Source: Stylophora pistillata (lineage: Eukaryota). From it: a stretch of DNA of 64,000 nucleotides. Of the stretch, positions 12,501 to 26,755 are shown piece after piece. Within the stretch, counting starts at the first letter, position 1, and every line of letters starts with the position of its first letter. Below the pieces are notes generated by a model. The model saw nothing but the letters and a program-made list of their open reading frames with translations, did no database searches and was not told where the DNA came from. The translations under genes were made by a program, and so were the position numbers. The stretch lies in assembly GCF_002571385.2 (NCBI RefSeq), contig NW_019217784.1, forward strand, positions 1,898,863-1,962,862, given 5' to 3'.

Positions 12501-15500
12501 TGCTGCAGCTATTGATGTGTAAGTTGTTTACCTTGATTGACAATACCTTAAGGAGCACTATATGCCAGAGCATTGCCTCTCAGGAGGGTTAAGAATTTAA
12601 ATATTTAGACTTGAAATGGCTGACTTTGGTAAAATTTCATATACAAGTACATTTGTGGTGTGGCTGTATATTGCTTCACATAACATCGTGTAATTTTCTT
12701 TTGTTGTACAGAATTCTTCAAAATCTCTTTGGTGGCTTGGGATCACCAGGTATTTTGTTTACCGTGTTTTTTATTTGGGGGAGAGCATGCAGCATGTTAA
12801 AGATGGCAGACCAGTTGTTAAATATCTTGAGAAAATGATGGCTCCATCTGTTTCTTGGAATCATTAGATTCTGCACAGTATATCCATTAGTTCACCATAG
12901 TGTCTCTTTGGTTTATTGCTGTTGTTATATTTATTCAAGGCAGTAGCACAAGTGAAGATGGAGCAGGAACATCAGGAAATATGGGATTTCCATTGTAAGT
13001 TTCATTATATTGTAACCATCTCAATATTATTAGATGGTGTAGTGTCTAAAAATGAAGAAGTATGCCACAAAAGGCAGCCACGAAGGCGAACAACAACAGT
13101 ACACACAGTACACGTTTCTTTTAATAATCTTCCCGCGCTCACACTTTCCCGGATGTATACTTTTACATAAACAACCGCTGTCCTAGTATACTACAGATGG
13201 CAATATGTAATTCATGTATGTTTAATCTTCAGTTCAATGTGAAAGTTTAGCAAGGCTGTGCTCTAAGAAAAATTGAAGGGAGACAAGTGCTCTGAAACTG
13301 TGAAATCCAGGGTGCCCAGAATATGTTGTTATGAAAAAACTAAGATTCTTTGGTCACCCAAGAGCAAAAGTAAGGTGCCAGGGGCCACCAAGCGCTGCTA
13401 GACCACAGCCCCTGGTTTAGTTAGCACAATTTATCAATTTATTTTCAGTTTATCATTTCATTGTCACTTCTTTAGAGGGATGCTATTTTGAATTGTTACC
13501 AGCACTTATTGTGTACTCCTGGCTGTTTGTTTGTTAACCCTTTAAGCCCTGATATCAATTTCCAAGTTCTCAATACTGTTCTCTATACATTTCCTATGGT
13601 ATTGTACTTACAAGGGGGGTAATACTGTTGGGAGAATTTAGATGCATATCACTCTTAGAGGTTAAAGGGTTAATAGATGGAGAGATTTACCCTGAGAGCA
13701 ATGAGTATTGTTTTCAGTGAAACACAAAAGCTTGGCCATCTTGACAAATCTGAATCAATGATATTACCTGTCTGCCAGCATGTCTATCATGTCACATCAG
13801 TGACATACACATTGGACACTTATGTTAGACAGTAATTCCTTAAGACACCATGACTGCACTTTCTCCAGGTATGTTTGTTTCTTTGGTGCACAACACAGTT
13901 GCCGAGTGGTTATATTAACCCCCAGAGATGTCTCTGTCGTGTGGCAAAGACACTCTCTTTCACAATGCCACTTTCTGCCTTGGAGTTTAAAGTGCACCTA
14001 AACCCAAAATTTTTTTTGCGCTTCATGAAATAAGCTTATTTTTTGGAGTATTTCTGTGCAAAAATTTTTTAATTTGCTCAAATCTTTAATTTTCTATGGC
14101 CAGTCAAATACGGAAAATCGGCCACCATCTTGCCCCACGACCGAGTTTAAAGAAGAATGGCTCTAGCGGGTAATGTGACGTCAAATCGAGAACACAAAAG
14201 TCTGCATCTCACACATTTTCACTTGTTTGGGAAGATTGTCGTCGATATTGTCCGAAATATGCCGATTAGGTGTGTTGTATGAAGAATGTATGAAGCACGA
14301 TACCCTCTTCCAAATTTCGCACATTGCTACATCCTTCTACAACACACTTAGTCGGCATATTTTCGGACAATTATCGACTACAACCTTCCCAAACAAGGGA
14401 AAATGTGTGAAATGCAGACTTTCGTGTTCTCGATTTGACGTCACATTACCCACTAGAGCCATTCCTCTTTAAACTCGGTCGTGGGGCAAGATGGCGGCCG
14501 ATTTTCCGTATTTTGACTGGGCATAGATTTGCACAGAAATACTCAAAAAAAAAAGCTTACTTCGTTAAGCGAAAAAAATTTTTTGGGTGTAGGTGCACTT
14601 TAAATGAAAATGAGGAACCCTACAGTGGACTTTTCTCCCTGAATGGGAGAAAAAGTAATACCCCTTGTACTGCATGCTCCTGAAAGTGCAATAACCTCGA
14701 GTATAATGGATCTCCCAGCTTATAAGCTGACTTTCCTTTTCTTTAATTATCTGATAGTAACTTGTTGCGTCTCCATGGGAACCCAGCTGATTATGCCTGG
14801 GGTGCAGAGGGATTGGATTCAATAATAACACAGGTAAGATAACTGTGACATGAAAAGGCTCATTTAGATGTTAATACTTTGTCACCAGTTTGACCCTAAA
14901 TAACTAGTCAAAAGAGTGGTGGAGGGAAGCATTGTTTCTAGAAAAAAAATTAAATGAAAATTTCTGAAAACTAAAAAAAAAAACTGGCTAGTGAATGATC
15001 CCAACTGAACAAATGATGCAACTGACATGTCAAAAGAAAAAACTGAAAAAGAGCTTTTTTTCATTCATGAAACTGAAAACCAGCTGTCAACAAAGGGTAA
15101 AATCCAAGAATAGCAGTAGATACCAGAACAAAACTCTAGATTTTGATTGCAATGACATAAAAAACTGATCTCAAAAACTGCAAATACAAAGAAACCGATT
15201 CCTGCCCCATAATGGCCCATCAATGTGGCACAGTAATTGTAATATCTATTCAACAGCTTCTAAACCAGATGGATGGAGCAGGACCTCCCCCTGCAGATTC
15301 CAAAAAAATAGAGGATCTTCAAAAGGTAGAAGTCACAGAAGAATCAGCTGGTAAGAGAAAATAACAGTCAGTGGACAATTTTATTCCATTCTTGTATGTA
15401 AAGCAGGAATACATTTTGCCATTCACTAGGTTCTAGATTTGTGTTTCCATCCAAGTACCCCTTCTCTTTGATTTCACAGAAAATTTTACAGTACCAAAGG

Positions 15501-16382
15501 ATCACTTTCCTCGATTGTTGTTCTTGTACCTAACAATTTTTTTACCTTTTCTTTCTTTCTTTCTTTCTTTCTTGTTGTCCAGAATCTGATAAATTTTGTG
15601 CAGTTTGCAAAGAACAATTTTCAAGAGATGAGGATGTAAGGAGATTACCCTGTAGTCATATCTTCCATTTTGAGTGTATAAAACCTTGGTTAAAAATGGT
15701 AAGTTTATATTTTAGTAGATATGTAATATAATGATACATGTGAAAGGTTATTTGTTCTTGGAAATCTGGATCTTTCAACATCAGCTTAACTTAAGCATGA
15801 GGCAGTAACTTGTGTTGCACTGTTGTTTGACAAAAGGCTTTGTGCATGGCTAAAATTTAGAGTCAACAATTACCTATAGACATTCACTCCAGGAGAAAAA
15901 CAACCAAATTTTAATGGTTCACTGTACCTGTAAAGGAAGGTGATCACAGATAAATAAAAAAAAAATTAAATATTTGGCCTTTGGATGACAACAAATAAAG
16001 ACATGATTCTTACAGGTAAACTTGAGTAGCCCATATTGGAATTATCTGTAGCTTCTTTTTCAAAGGGAGTCCTGTGGCTCATCCTTTCCTATGATTGTAA
16101 GTCTTCTTTAACATGCAAATTAAACTTATCTTTTTGCAAATGGTAGAGCACTAGGTCTTGTTATGAAAAAAGAAAAAAAAAAAAAACTATTTTGGAAAAA
16201 GTGCAAAAACAAAAGAGCATGAAAAAATTTAGGCTTCAACAGGATTCTAACCTTTACTTCTTAGATACTACATGTAGTTGGGTTATCTTTATACTGAAAG
16301 TGAAGTTTTGTCTTTTTTTCAGCATGATTCTTGTCCAGTCTGCCGCTTGAGTCTAAGCAATACCCAAACAAGAGGGTCATGA
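9593..16382 (+). CDS. RNF126: E3 ubiquitin ligase RNF126/RNF115-like (N-terminal C4 zinc finger plus RING-H2)
   Basis: Exon 9593-9673 [18 protein letters not shown]; 10791-10843 [15 protein letters not shown]; ~14757-14833 [21 protein letters not shown]; 15257-15350 [13 protein letters not shown]; 15583-15698 [24 protein letters not shown]; 16323-16382 HDSCPVCR..stop. Middle exons (~11395-11455, 12404-12518, 12711-12749, 12940-12993) are approximate. Confidence 0.92.
13251..13413 (+). mobile_element. short MITE (CAAGGCTGTG termini), copy 1
   Basis: Shares GTGCTCTGAAACTGTGAAATCCAGGGTGCCCAG with the inverted copy at 53937-54083; short TIR. Confidence 0.6.
13533..13673. mobile_element. piggyBac-type MITE family (TTAA-CCC...GGG-TTAA), representative copy
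   Basis: TTAACCCTTTAA...TTAAAGGGTTAA; related copies at ~1075-1215, 28420-28635, 32413-32625, 34719-34860, 38370-38570, 48560-48770, 53470-53670, 55775-55970, 56345-56931, 62937-63140 and 63800-63975. Confidence 0.7.
13991..14599. mobile_element. palindromic non-autonomous DNA transposon, Kolobok-like, copy 1
   Basis: TTAA on both sides (13987-13990, 14600-14603); AG...CT ends; nearly whole-length inverted repeat; second copy at 57714-58352. Confidence 0.8.
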
Positions 16383-17969
16383 AATAGTGATCAAGTACAC
16401 TTATCAATAAAACTGATTTGTGCAGGGAAATCCTTAAAAAGCTTTTGAAATGTTTTTGGTACAATCTAGTTTTAAGTTATTGAGTACATAACACAATAGA
16501 AACAAAATGGGATGCTGTGAATATTTGCACTGTCTGTCTGTTAAAACAATACTTATGCTTTTTCAATATAAAGTTTATTTACAGATCATGGTTACTGCTT
16601 TTGTTTGTAATGAGTGTAAATAAAAAAGTGAGTAGGTTATCAAATATTGCAATTTCTGGTTTGTTAGAGCTTCTGTCAAGCAACATATTTCTACAGACTT
16701 CACATCATTTTACCAATTTTAAGCTCCCAAACATTCTTGGAAACAGAACTATGGTTTTTTCCCTTGCATTTTAATATCTTGTTACTTTCAATGTGACCCT
16801 TAGATGTAGACATTACTGGGAACTTTTGTGCACATCTGCATGTTGTTTGAGATTGTTGCAGTAAAACCTTTGTCTATTGAACATTTGGACATGAGCCAGG
16901 AAACTGGGTCCAGTACACAAAGGAAAGGAAAGGAACATTGGGAAGGTTTTTGTGGAGAGTATTGAAAATAAAATTCTCCTCATCTTTACAGACAATTTTT
17001 CCTGCAAAGTTCCATCACAAAACTAAAGAAAAATAATAGTAGGAACTTAATAAAACATATATATATATATTGGAAAAGCTGAACAAAACAAGTAAAACTA
17101 TGAGGAAATTTTGGAGCCCTTTCATTACAATTCCCAGCCTATTTACAGGGGAACCTCAATTTGATAAACTTAACCCAGTTTTCCTGCTTGTTTTCAAATG
17201 CTTAGCAAATGGATAATTTAAGAAAGTTATTATCTAAAATTTCAACAGCAAGAAAACTGTGTAGACCATTATTGTATTTTTTTCTGTACTTTGAAAGATT
17301 TTTTAAGTTACTGATAGCTATCTCATACATATAATTGGATTTTACAAAGATGTCTCAAAGGTTGAATTACTCCATTACACAATTAACAATAAGTAATCAA
17401 ATGTAGGTGTTTCTAGTTTAATTTTGTTATAGCACTTATAACTTACTGATAAAAAGGACAGTATTCAAAACATTTTCCTACACGTTGTGAAGGTTGGATG
17501 ATGATCCCAGTTTTGTGTGCCTGGGTGAAATATGCACCAAGAAAAGGCTCAATTATGGAAATTATTTGTGGTGGTTATTTTTGCCAAAATAGAAATAAAG
17601 CCCAAGACTCGTAAGTATGAAGAAATTTGTATTTGCTTATTAGAGAAACTTGCTAGGAGAATGATGTTCATGTTGCAAGACCTTATCTATACAATGTTAA
17701 TCAAATGAGGTAAACATTTTTGTAGACCCAACCATTTATCAATACCAAAATTTGTGTAATCATGAAAAAAAAAAAAACATTTCTTTTATGCCAAGGTAGT
17801 TTTAATACCTTTTTCATTTCAAGGTAACATTTTGCATTCAACTGTTGGTTCGGTCATGCTGTGCCGGTGACCTTAACATTCTCATAATTTATTGGACAGA
17901 GACTGCATGTGTAAACTGAAATCCTTGTACACTGCATGTTTTACATCAGTTGTCAAACAGTTGATAATT

Positions 17970-18375
17970 GGTCAATCAATTCAAGCTTGAACATTCCCCC
18001 ACGGGCAATTGAACTCTTGATATGCTTGTTCAAATTCCTGTCCCACTGGGCCAAAATTTTGTTCAAATCCCCCACAAAATATTGAATGATTCTTTGTGAT
18101 CAACAAGTGATGTGGAATTTAGCAGTCATGTTAGATTTTGGTGTGACAGGCACATTTTTTGGATTGTAGACAATACATTATCATTTGATGTGAAAACTGT
18201 CTTATTTAGCCATTTGCTCACAAAAGCAGACTCCTTTCCTTTCAAATTTCACCATTTTAAACAAGTGTTTTACACTGGAAAGACTTGACACTTGGTTCAA
18301 ATGCCCTACCTCATAGGTTCAAATGCTCAGGTGGGGAGGGGGGGGATGTTCAAGCTTCAAATTGATTGGCACCTA
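17970..18375. mobile_element. MITE
   Basis: Inverted ends GGTCAATCAATTCAAGCTTGAACATTCCCCC / GGGGGATGTTCAAGCTTCAAATTGATTGGC. Confidence 0.65.
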
Positions 18376-18577
18376 ACTATGAAAACTCAACAGTACCTCT
18401 ATCTCAGGACTGCAAGAAGTAACACTGTATTTAATCTTTATTTCATCAAATCAGAAAATGCCTCATAACTCAACTGTGAACAAAACCTGTTCTGTTGTGT
18501 TTTCTCTATAAATCAGCTACAAATTTACCTAGTACTATGTACAAAATAGATGAAAGATAACACCAGTGTAGCATCAG

Positions 18578-21500
18578 TCAATACACAGTTTCAATAACAT
18601 TTCCAGTAGAATTATTTATTGTATTTTGGTTGGTTTTTGAGCCAGCCATTGTTAGAGTAATCTTACTTAATTCAGTGTCATTCCAAATTGGTGTGGTACT
18701 CTTGCCTTGGGATTCACTATCTACTTCCGAGTGTAAATTTCCTCTATTAGAACCTGAAATGCCATCACAACCTGTTAAGCCCTTGTTGTCAATCTCCATG
18801 GGTGAATTTGAATTTGAAGTACACAATAAACTTGCTGGTTGGATCTTAGGAGTGTTATTTTGCATTTCAGGACTTCCACCCATTGCAGAAGTTGGTGAAA
18901 CAGGCCTGGCAAATTGAGTGATACTGGGAGTATTTGCCTGCAAAGCCACAGAAGACTTAGGGGCATCTGAAGATGCATCTGAGCTCATACATCCATCAAC
19001 CACCAAATTACCTAAGCCATAGGCTTCCAGAATGTGACTGTGGACATACCAGCGAGGCCGATCATTTCTTCTTTCCTTAGAAGCAATATTCTGAATTTTC
19101 TTCTCAAGTTGTCGTTTGGAAATTGGACTTTTTTCATCAACTTCTTCATCTGTGACATTTCTACCCTGACATTTTGAAGTCCAATGCTTTCTGAACTTGA
19201 TCATTAACTTGCTGAGACCTGCTGTATTGCCATGAACTAACTTAATTAGATCAGGCATTGCTGGAAATAGGAGAGAGAATAATTACTAAGATGAGAGCAA
19301 CAACACTTAGGCAGTTTCTTGCCCAGTCACAGATTGTGAGTTTATAAAATAGCTTATGTTTCTTCTTCATTTATTCTTATGCATTAGCAAACTATTGAGT
19401 GTTACCTTCCTCTGGTACATAGAGAGCTCCACTGGTGTTTCCATTACTTGGTGTGTCCACAGAGAACTCAGCACTCCTGCTGTTTGTAGACAGGCTTTCA
19501 ATGCTTATGGATCCTTCAACAAGTAAGCATGCAGCAAACTGCTTGAGCATCACATTCACTTCAGCCTCCTCAAGCCACAGGCATCCCAGTGATATAGGTT
19601 TCATGGGCTTGCACTTTCTTTTCATTGCAGCTTCCCAAGCTTTAGCCTTTGCAAGCTGTTGATCTCTTCTATTTTCAGGATTCTCTCCCTATGTGGAAAA
19701 AAATGTAATAGCAATACAGTAAAATACCTCTTTATTTTTGTTGTGTAGAAATATGTAATTAAAACTGCCAGCAATAAGTCTACTACCTTATTCTCTTCAT
19801 TCTCATCACATTCATCATCATCTCCATCCTCGACTCCTTCATCATCTGATAAGTAACCGTGAGGAACAAAGAATCCATCATCATCTCCATTGTCATCATC
19901 ACCATCACCTTCTTCCTCTCCCTGAAAATTAAAATTCACTTCACTGATCATGGTAAGAAAGGATGCCACATCAGAAGGTTAGGTAATTGATCTGTAACCC
20001 TAACTAGTTTCCGCATAAAGAGCATGAAAACTCTGGCTAAGTTGATCAAAGTGCCAGTAGATATAGCCCTGGGTCAACAGGATGCAAAGATGGTGCCTTA
20101 CCACAGCACGGATAAGCCAAGAATATAGTGGTACCTTATTATGTTGGAGTTTTCCATCAGTAATAATTTATTTTCATGGACTTCTAAGACTGCAGTTGTT
20201 GTCTCCTTGAAGAACAATCATTACCTCACTGTGGGAGAGACTCTCCCCTGGTTCCTCCTCTTCCCATTCGTCATCACTGTCAACCTCATAATCTAACAGG
20301 TCCTGAAGAATATTGAGGATAAGAGAGTTTTAGATCCGAGTTTACCGTGAACCTCTCACCGCGGTTTGCGGTTACCTGTTTGCGGATCGACGTTCAAACA
20401 TAATTCGATTTAGATTGGCGGTGAATTAAAGAAGTGGATTCTGGGTACGGCCGCCATTTTGAATCAGCAGCCAAGAATAGCACTTGTTTTCAAGATCCAA
20501 TAGGATTTATCAAATGTAGCATTTCGCCCGATTTTATGCCTCTGTTAATGGATAAAGACTTGCTCCACAAAATTTTTGTATCATTACATGGGATAAAACA
20601 AGAATTATATGCTTAAAGCTTTCAGGTAAATGACCTACGTGAAAACACCTCTCCACGTTGAAAACGCCCGTCGTGAACCTCAAACGTGATGCGAAAGACT
20701 TGTCACGTGACCTCTAGCAGTTAGAGGTTCGCGGTAAACTCGGATCTAAAACTCATTGTTGATTATCCATCCACAATTTTACTAAATCGTACGTTTTGAC
20801 ATACAAGTGCAACAGAAGGTTAAGCTAACATGCCAATCTTGTACACAAAATGATAGGAGAAAAATTAATTGGCTGACACCAACAATATCTGTAGTTAGAA
20901 TTCTGGATAAATGGAGCATCCTTGTGACATTATACAAATTTTAATACTGAATTGGTAATCATTTAATAATTTGGACTTTACCAAGTCCTTTTTGAATGGG
21001 TTCCTTGGAGAGATGTGGTAGCTTTTCTTTCTATATGTACCAAAGTATGCTGGCCTGTAGTCAGTATGGAACTGGAATAGTTTGCATTTTAGACCAATAA
21101 AGGAAGAAATGTCCTTCTTTTTCTCAACAATTTCAACACTTGAGTTGCTGTTTTCATCAATTGCTACAGGTCCCTCAGATGTTTTTTCATCAGCATCACA
21201 TTCATTCTGTTCTTCAATGGTAGACAGTTTTCTCTTCCTGTATTTAAGAATCGGTTTTCTAGCCTCTAGATCTCTCAGATAGGACCTGTGGTCTTCCTGC
21301 AAGATAAAACGCAAGTTTTTTAAAAAATATATGTAATGTACAGACACATTAAGAGGCAAGTTAATCAGACTCCAGAACTTCATAGATATTTGAGAACTTG
21401 GTTGTTTTGAATTTTTCAGTATAATTCAGAGTCCATTTCAAGAACTTACACAATTGCAGAATGATTTTGCAAATTCAAACTACCACACTATTTTATAGAC

Positions 21501-24500
21501 ATGAGGTAGCTGTTATGTACAGTTTATTGGAATATGGATCAGTGAATGATCCTTATGGCATTCTAGGAGATTCACCAATTTTTAGTTACTCAGAGCTGTG
21601 ACAAAGTAGAACACATGTTCTAAAGACTGTTTGATTGCTTTACTCAGCATGCCTGGTTGTTTATTGACATTTTGTTATTAGCTCAAGATACATACCTGAA
21701 GTTTCAGTTCCATATCTAAGACCTCTTTTGTTTCAAGTGACAATTGTTTACGTGTTGCTGGAGCAATACTCATTCCTATTTTTAGCTGAAATGGTTTGAA
21801 TCTACTACCACTGTCTGATGAAGCCTGAAAGTAGACAAAAAACTTTCATTAGTTCAATGTAATTACCAGGGAATTGGCAATGCTTGGGTTAATATGCTAT
21901 GCAGCAAAAACAAAGAATACTAGTAGCATAGAGACGATCTTCAATGTTAGGACATTCCCACAATCTGACAGATTTTTCAGTAGCAGCCAATCTTAAACCA
22001 AACAGAGAAAGTGAGCCACCTTCTTAAATTTATAGGTCCTAGGGCTGACAAAGATGTTTTGAAGTTCAATTTTTTCCCAAATTTTTGTTGCTTAAAACAG
22101 TTGGTGTGATATCCTCCCATTTGACAAACTTAGATAAGCCAGCAGTTGTACATTGATTCAGAAGATCTGTGTTTGATAAAAATATTTCAATTTGGTACCT
22201 TGGGTGCAGATGTCTTGGTGAAATAGCCTACAAAGGTTTCTTCTCTCTTCAGTCTTTTCCTTGTCTAACATAAAGAGAAACAATTAGAACAGTGAATAAT
22301 AAGACAAACCTTGCCAAAGAAAGACAGTAAACAACACAGAAAATAGTACTATTGCTAACGAATCCTGCAGTGTAATATTGGTACAAAATATTTAGTTACA
22401 ATATATCATGTAAAAAAAAAAGCCAACCGATGCTTTACTTAGAATCTACCAAGCTTTGATCAACAGCATTACTACTGTTACTTGTACCTTTTCCTCTTCT
22501 TGATTTCTCCTCTCTTCTTCTCGCTTCCTCTTTTCTTCTATCTTTGCACTGAAATCAACCAAACAAAAGTAAATTAAACGATAACATTTACAGCCCTTTC
22601 CAATCAGAATACTTCATTTTTAAAAGAAGTTGATAATCCTATTGACTGCATGTAAAATACTTCTCATCACTCTGTTACTGGGATCTTCTCATCCTCAATT
22701 TAATCATGGTTGAATCCAAACATGATGAATTGAACATCTTTCACAAACTGGACTTTTATCTAATGAAGGTTGCATAATACCCATATAACACATGCAATTC
22801 AAATAATGACACCTGTGCATGTATGTATATCTAACTACCCTCTGTTTGTATTCTTTTTAAACTTACTTATTTTCCTCCTCTCGTTTTCTCCTTTCCTCCT
22901 CTCTTTTTCCTTTCTTTTCTAAACGTTCCCTTTCTTCCTTCTCCCTCCTCTCTATTCTCTCTTTCTCTCTTCTCTCCCTTTCAGCCTGTTTTTCCTGTTT
23001 TTCAAGGTCACGCTTTCTTTTGGCTTCTAATCTTTCCTTTTCTTTGGCTGCCTTGGCCTCTTGCTTTTCTTTAAGTTTCTCTTCTCTTAATCTTTGCTTC
23101 TCTTGTCTTTCTTTCTCCTGAAATGAAAATGCAATTTCAAAAAAGAAACATCATTCAATTCTCCATTCTCCTTTTTGCAATTTAAGTTTTAATCAAGAAG
23201 TATCATGATCACTTTACCTGTTCCTCCTTCCTCTTCAACTTTTCAACACTCTTTGGGGTTAAGTGCCTTCTATTTCCCTATAGAAAATCAAAGAAATTTA
23301 TCAATTTTGAATGAATATTATTTGAAAAAATCAGATCAAAATATTTCATGGTCTCCTTTTCTAGTACATACAGTTGTGGCAAGATCTCTGAAAACAAAGT
23401 TTGAAAAAATGGTTGCATGTAGTACAAGGATCTCAGATAACTTTTACCATCAAGGTCAGTATGAACTTTACTTCAGTCTTTACAGATCTCCTTGAACTTG
23501 TTAGGGCAGATAGCAGACCTTGTTTTGTTTGTTGACTGGAGACCCCTTTGACAGAACACTAATACATGTATATAGGGTCAGTTTGAGGAAGTGGAGTTGA
23601 AAGGGTGACCCAATAGATGATGTGCATTTCTTTATGCCTACTCTATGCATTAGATATTTATTACCTTAACTGGTGGTGACTGATCTATAACCATTGCTTC
23701 ATCTTCACGGGAAGAGGAATTGGATTCTGGTGATGAAATGGAGCTTGCATCTATCTGCACAACTGGTTTATCATCTGTATTTTCAAGAACCAAACTTTTG
23801 GAGATTTTTGATAAATCTGTGGTGTTCTGTGGCTTTCCTAAACTTTCCTTTAAATCAGGGGGAGAGGGAGCACCAGTAACAAGACCTCCACCAGGTTGAG
23901 TTTTTGTCTCACATGGTTCAGACAGTTTGTTTTGGCAGTTGCTGATGCTCACAGCATTACTTTGGACAGAAACAGGAGTTTTGATGGATCCCATAGAGGT
24001 CAACGGAGATGAAGATACAGTTGGAAAGGACAATACACCTGAAAAAATATATATATATGGTGGTTACCCCTTAAATTAGTCTTCCCTGTTGCCAAATATG
24101 TCATATTTGAAATTGGGAGTTTCATGGTGGAATTACTGCAACTAAACACCGTAAACGCATTTCAAGATGTGCAGGATATTGTCCAATTATATCACAATCT
24201 GCAACAATTAAGGACCTAAGCATTCTTTCAAAGTTCTACAATTTTATTTTTAGCAGAAAATTAATATCTCAAAGTCACACTGCAGTGAAAATAGCAAACT
24301 ATTCTTTTGCACAAAAAAAAAGAACTGTATAAGCGTTTCATCCTGCAAATAGTTGATCGAGCCAAAACAGGGCACAACGTAATACTATCATCGATAGCTC
24401 TAAATTCTCAGCTTGCCAGGTTAAAAAAAAAAAAAAAAACAGCCTCAAACTATAGATAGTTTTACATCCCAATTTTTTTTTACCTTTATTAATTTTGTTG

Positions 24501-24861
24501 GGAAACCTAACATTTAATGAGCACAACGTCCAAGCTGGATTTTCTCGATGCCTTCTGCGACAAGCTTTCTTAAGTTTCATGTGCATACGTATACGTTCAC
24601 GAGAAAGCTGAAAAAATTGTTTACCTTGTACCCTTTTTTCTTATTTCGTAGCTACTGACCTTGCTTGAGTCTTTTGCATGGTGGACTGTCACATTCGTCT
24701 CTTTCAGAGCCTTTAGCATATGCTTTAAACAAAATAAATAAAACCAGAGGTTTTTGTGTAAGGTATGAAATTATCAATGGCAGGATCATAGGACCAATCG
24801 TACCTTCGCTCGAAGTTTCACTTTGAACACGTCCTTCCGAACTTTCACCCGGATTTCTCAT
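18578..24861 (-). CDS. CHAF1A: chromatin assembly factor 1 subunit A (p150)
   Basis: N-terminal KRLKQ-xVLSF PIP-like motif; K/E/R-rich coiled-coil exons (~22490-23118); KLFQFHTDYRPAYFGTY..ISPRNPFKKD; LLDYEVDSDDEWEEEEPGESLSHSE (20228-20302); DDDGFFVPHGYLSDDEG; C-terminal winged helix (PDLIKLVHGN..SKRQLEKKI..RWYVH). Start codon tentative. Confidence 0.93.
20325..20754. mobile_element. MITE in a CHAF1A intron
   Basis: ~32-bp TIR GAGTTTTAGATCCGAGTTTACCG(T/C)GAACCTCT at both ends. Confidence 0.8.
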
Positions 24862-25003
24862 AGTTTTACGAACTTCAACACAATTGCAACAACAAGAAAA
24901 ACATTTAGAAACGAAAGAAAGAGAAAGAATCGAAGAAGAAGAAGAAGGAAAAGGAACAATTTGCGCTCAGAAGCTCTGCAATGTGTATATGGAGAGCGCG
25001 TTC

Positions 25004-25020
25004 TTCAAAATTGGCGGGAA
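25004..25020 (-). promoter_or_regulatory. E2F site plus CHR-like element in the CHAF1A/POLR2J bidirectional promoter
   Basis: Minus strand reads TTCCCGCC-AAT-TTTGAA; CHAF1A is an S-phase gene. Confidence 0.55.
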
Positions 25021-25213
25021 TAGCCTATGTGATGCATTCTGGGACTGTTTTGACCTAGGGGATCCTGGATCTAGTATGTCTACAGGAGAGAAATGGAGGG
25101 AATTACATGATATACTAAGAGTTCTAAAAGAGAGAGAACACGCTCTAGCAGAGGAAACGGTTCTTTTATTCGTTAAATATTTTGGTGCAGAATTACTGCT
25201 TGATTCCCTTAAA

Positions 25214-26366
25214 ATGAATGCTCCAGAATCATTTGAACCATTTCTATTGCTTGATGGAGATAAAAAGTAGGTGTATGTACCGTAATTCAGCTGTTTTTTC
25301 CAGATTTAGACAGGGTACACAGGGAGGAAGGATTGATCCGTGAACATCTTCATTTTTCAGGATAACTATTACCAAAGATACCAAAGTTCCAAATGCTGCC
25401 CACTTTGTCGTAAATAAAGAAGATCACACATTAGGAAACCTTCTCCGCGCGTAAGTTTAATTAACAACGGACTTCACGATCAAATTAGGATTAACTGTTT
25501 TCTGACAAGTACTATCTAGAGATGACCTGATGGTACAGAGACATTCAACACTACTTTAAACATTAAGACTCTTGTCTTGCCACGATGATAATTATGTTAT
25601 TAATTATTCTACATGTAGGCCAATAAAAAAACTTGCGTTCATGTAGTGGTACTGGTAGGCTACTTAGGACGGAGCAGCATTATTCAAGACATTCCATTTT
25701 CAGGGTGCAAACCAAGGGAGCCTCTTTAAGTTTAAATTTAGTCCCGTTTACCGGAATGACACATTTCTTTCTAAAAATTTGAGGATATTTTCCAGCTCAA
25801 ATGTGAGAGGTGGTTTTACTATCATAAACTTTGCTACCCATGAAATGATTTTCTAAAATAATATTTGTGATTTTCAACTAACAGGCAACTGCTACGAGAC
25901 CCACAGGTAATATTTGCTGGTTATAAAGTTCCTCATCCCCTTGAGCACAAGTTTGTTCTTCGAGTGCAAACTACACCTGACTACAGTCCTCAAGAAGCAT
26001 TCACAAATGCTATCACAGATCTTATCAGTGAAGTGTCTCTTTTAGAGGAAAGGTTCAAGGTTAGATTATTTTTCTTGTTCTCAGTCTTCCTCAGATAGTT
26101 CTATCAAATTGTCTCAATTATACTGTCTGAATTCAGATTCAAAGTTCTGTACATTGTGTTTGATGTCCAAGATTGGAAATGAAATTTCATTAATACTTCA
26201 TCTCTACCAACAGATTGCTCTAACCAGGGCTTAAAGCTTAATGTTAACTTGGCTAGTACAAGTTATGTCAATATGAGCTTCAATTTCATCAGGGTACAGT
26301 GGTTTTAATTTCCTTTTCTCTTAATTACAGGCATCAGTCAAAGATAAACAAGAGGGGATAGAATGA
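25214..26366 (+). CDS. POLR2J: RNA polymerase II subunit RPB11
   Basis: Exons 25214-25266, 25361-25450, 25885-26059 and 26331-26366 give [117 protein letters not shown]. Confidence 0.97.
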
Positions 26367-26755
26367 ATTGAAAGTTCTTGAAATGAAAGTTGGATTACAT
26401 TTTCAAAAAGGGATGTATTTGCATCTGTACCAATGGTGTCTCTAGAGGCCCTTGTATGTCATTTTTTTTTTGTAGGGAATTTGTTTATAGTGACTTCGAT
26501 GATTGCTACTGACAAAGAACTTCTAAGAGATCTATTCCATTACTCCAGATATTTTCCTTGATCTTGTTAGTTTTTTTTTCTTGAGTAATGATTAAAACAT
26601 TTAGTTGATGTTTATTGATACCAGTAGGTTATTTGTTTTGAGAAATTTTCTTGATAATTGGTATTTTAAGTTTTTTCTTAGCTTAAAAAAGTTCACGAAA
26701 AATATTCCAAACTCAGTGTAGCAAAATATAGAACAACACTTTTCCTTAGAATCTA

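Noticed and set aside
24884-25213. In-frame N-terminal extension of RPB11 (128-aa ORF)
   Set aside because: Spans the bidirectional promoter and a GAA repeat; the conserved RPB11 start MNAP is at 25214
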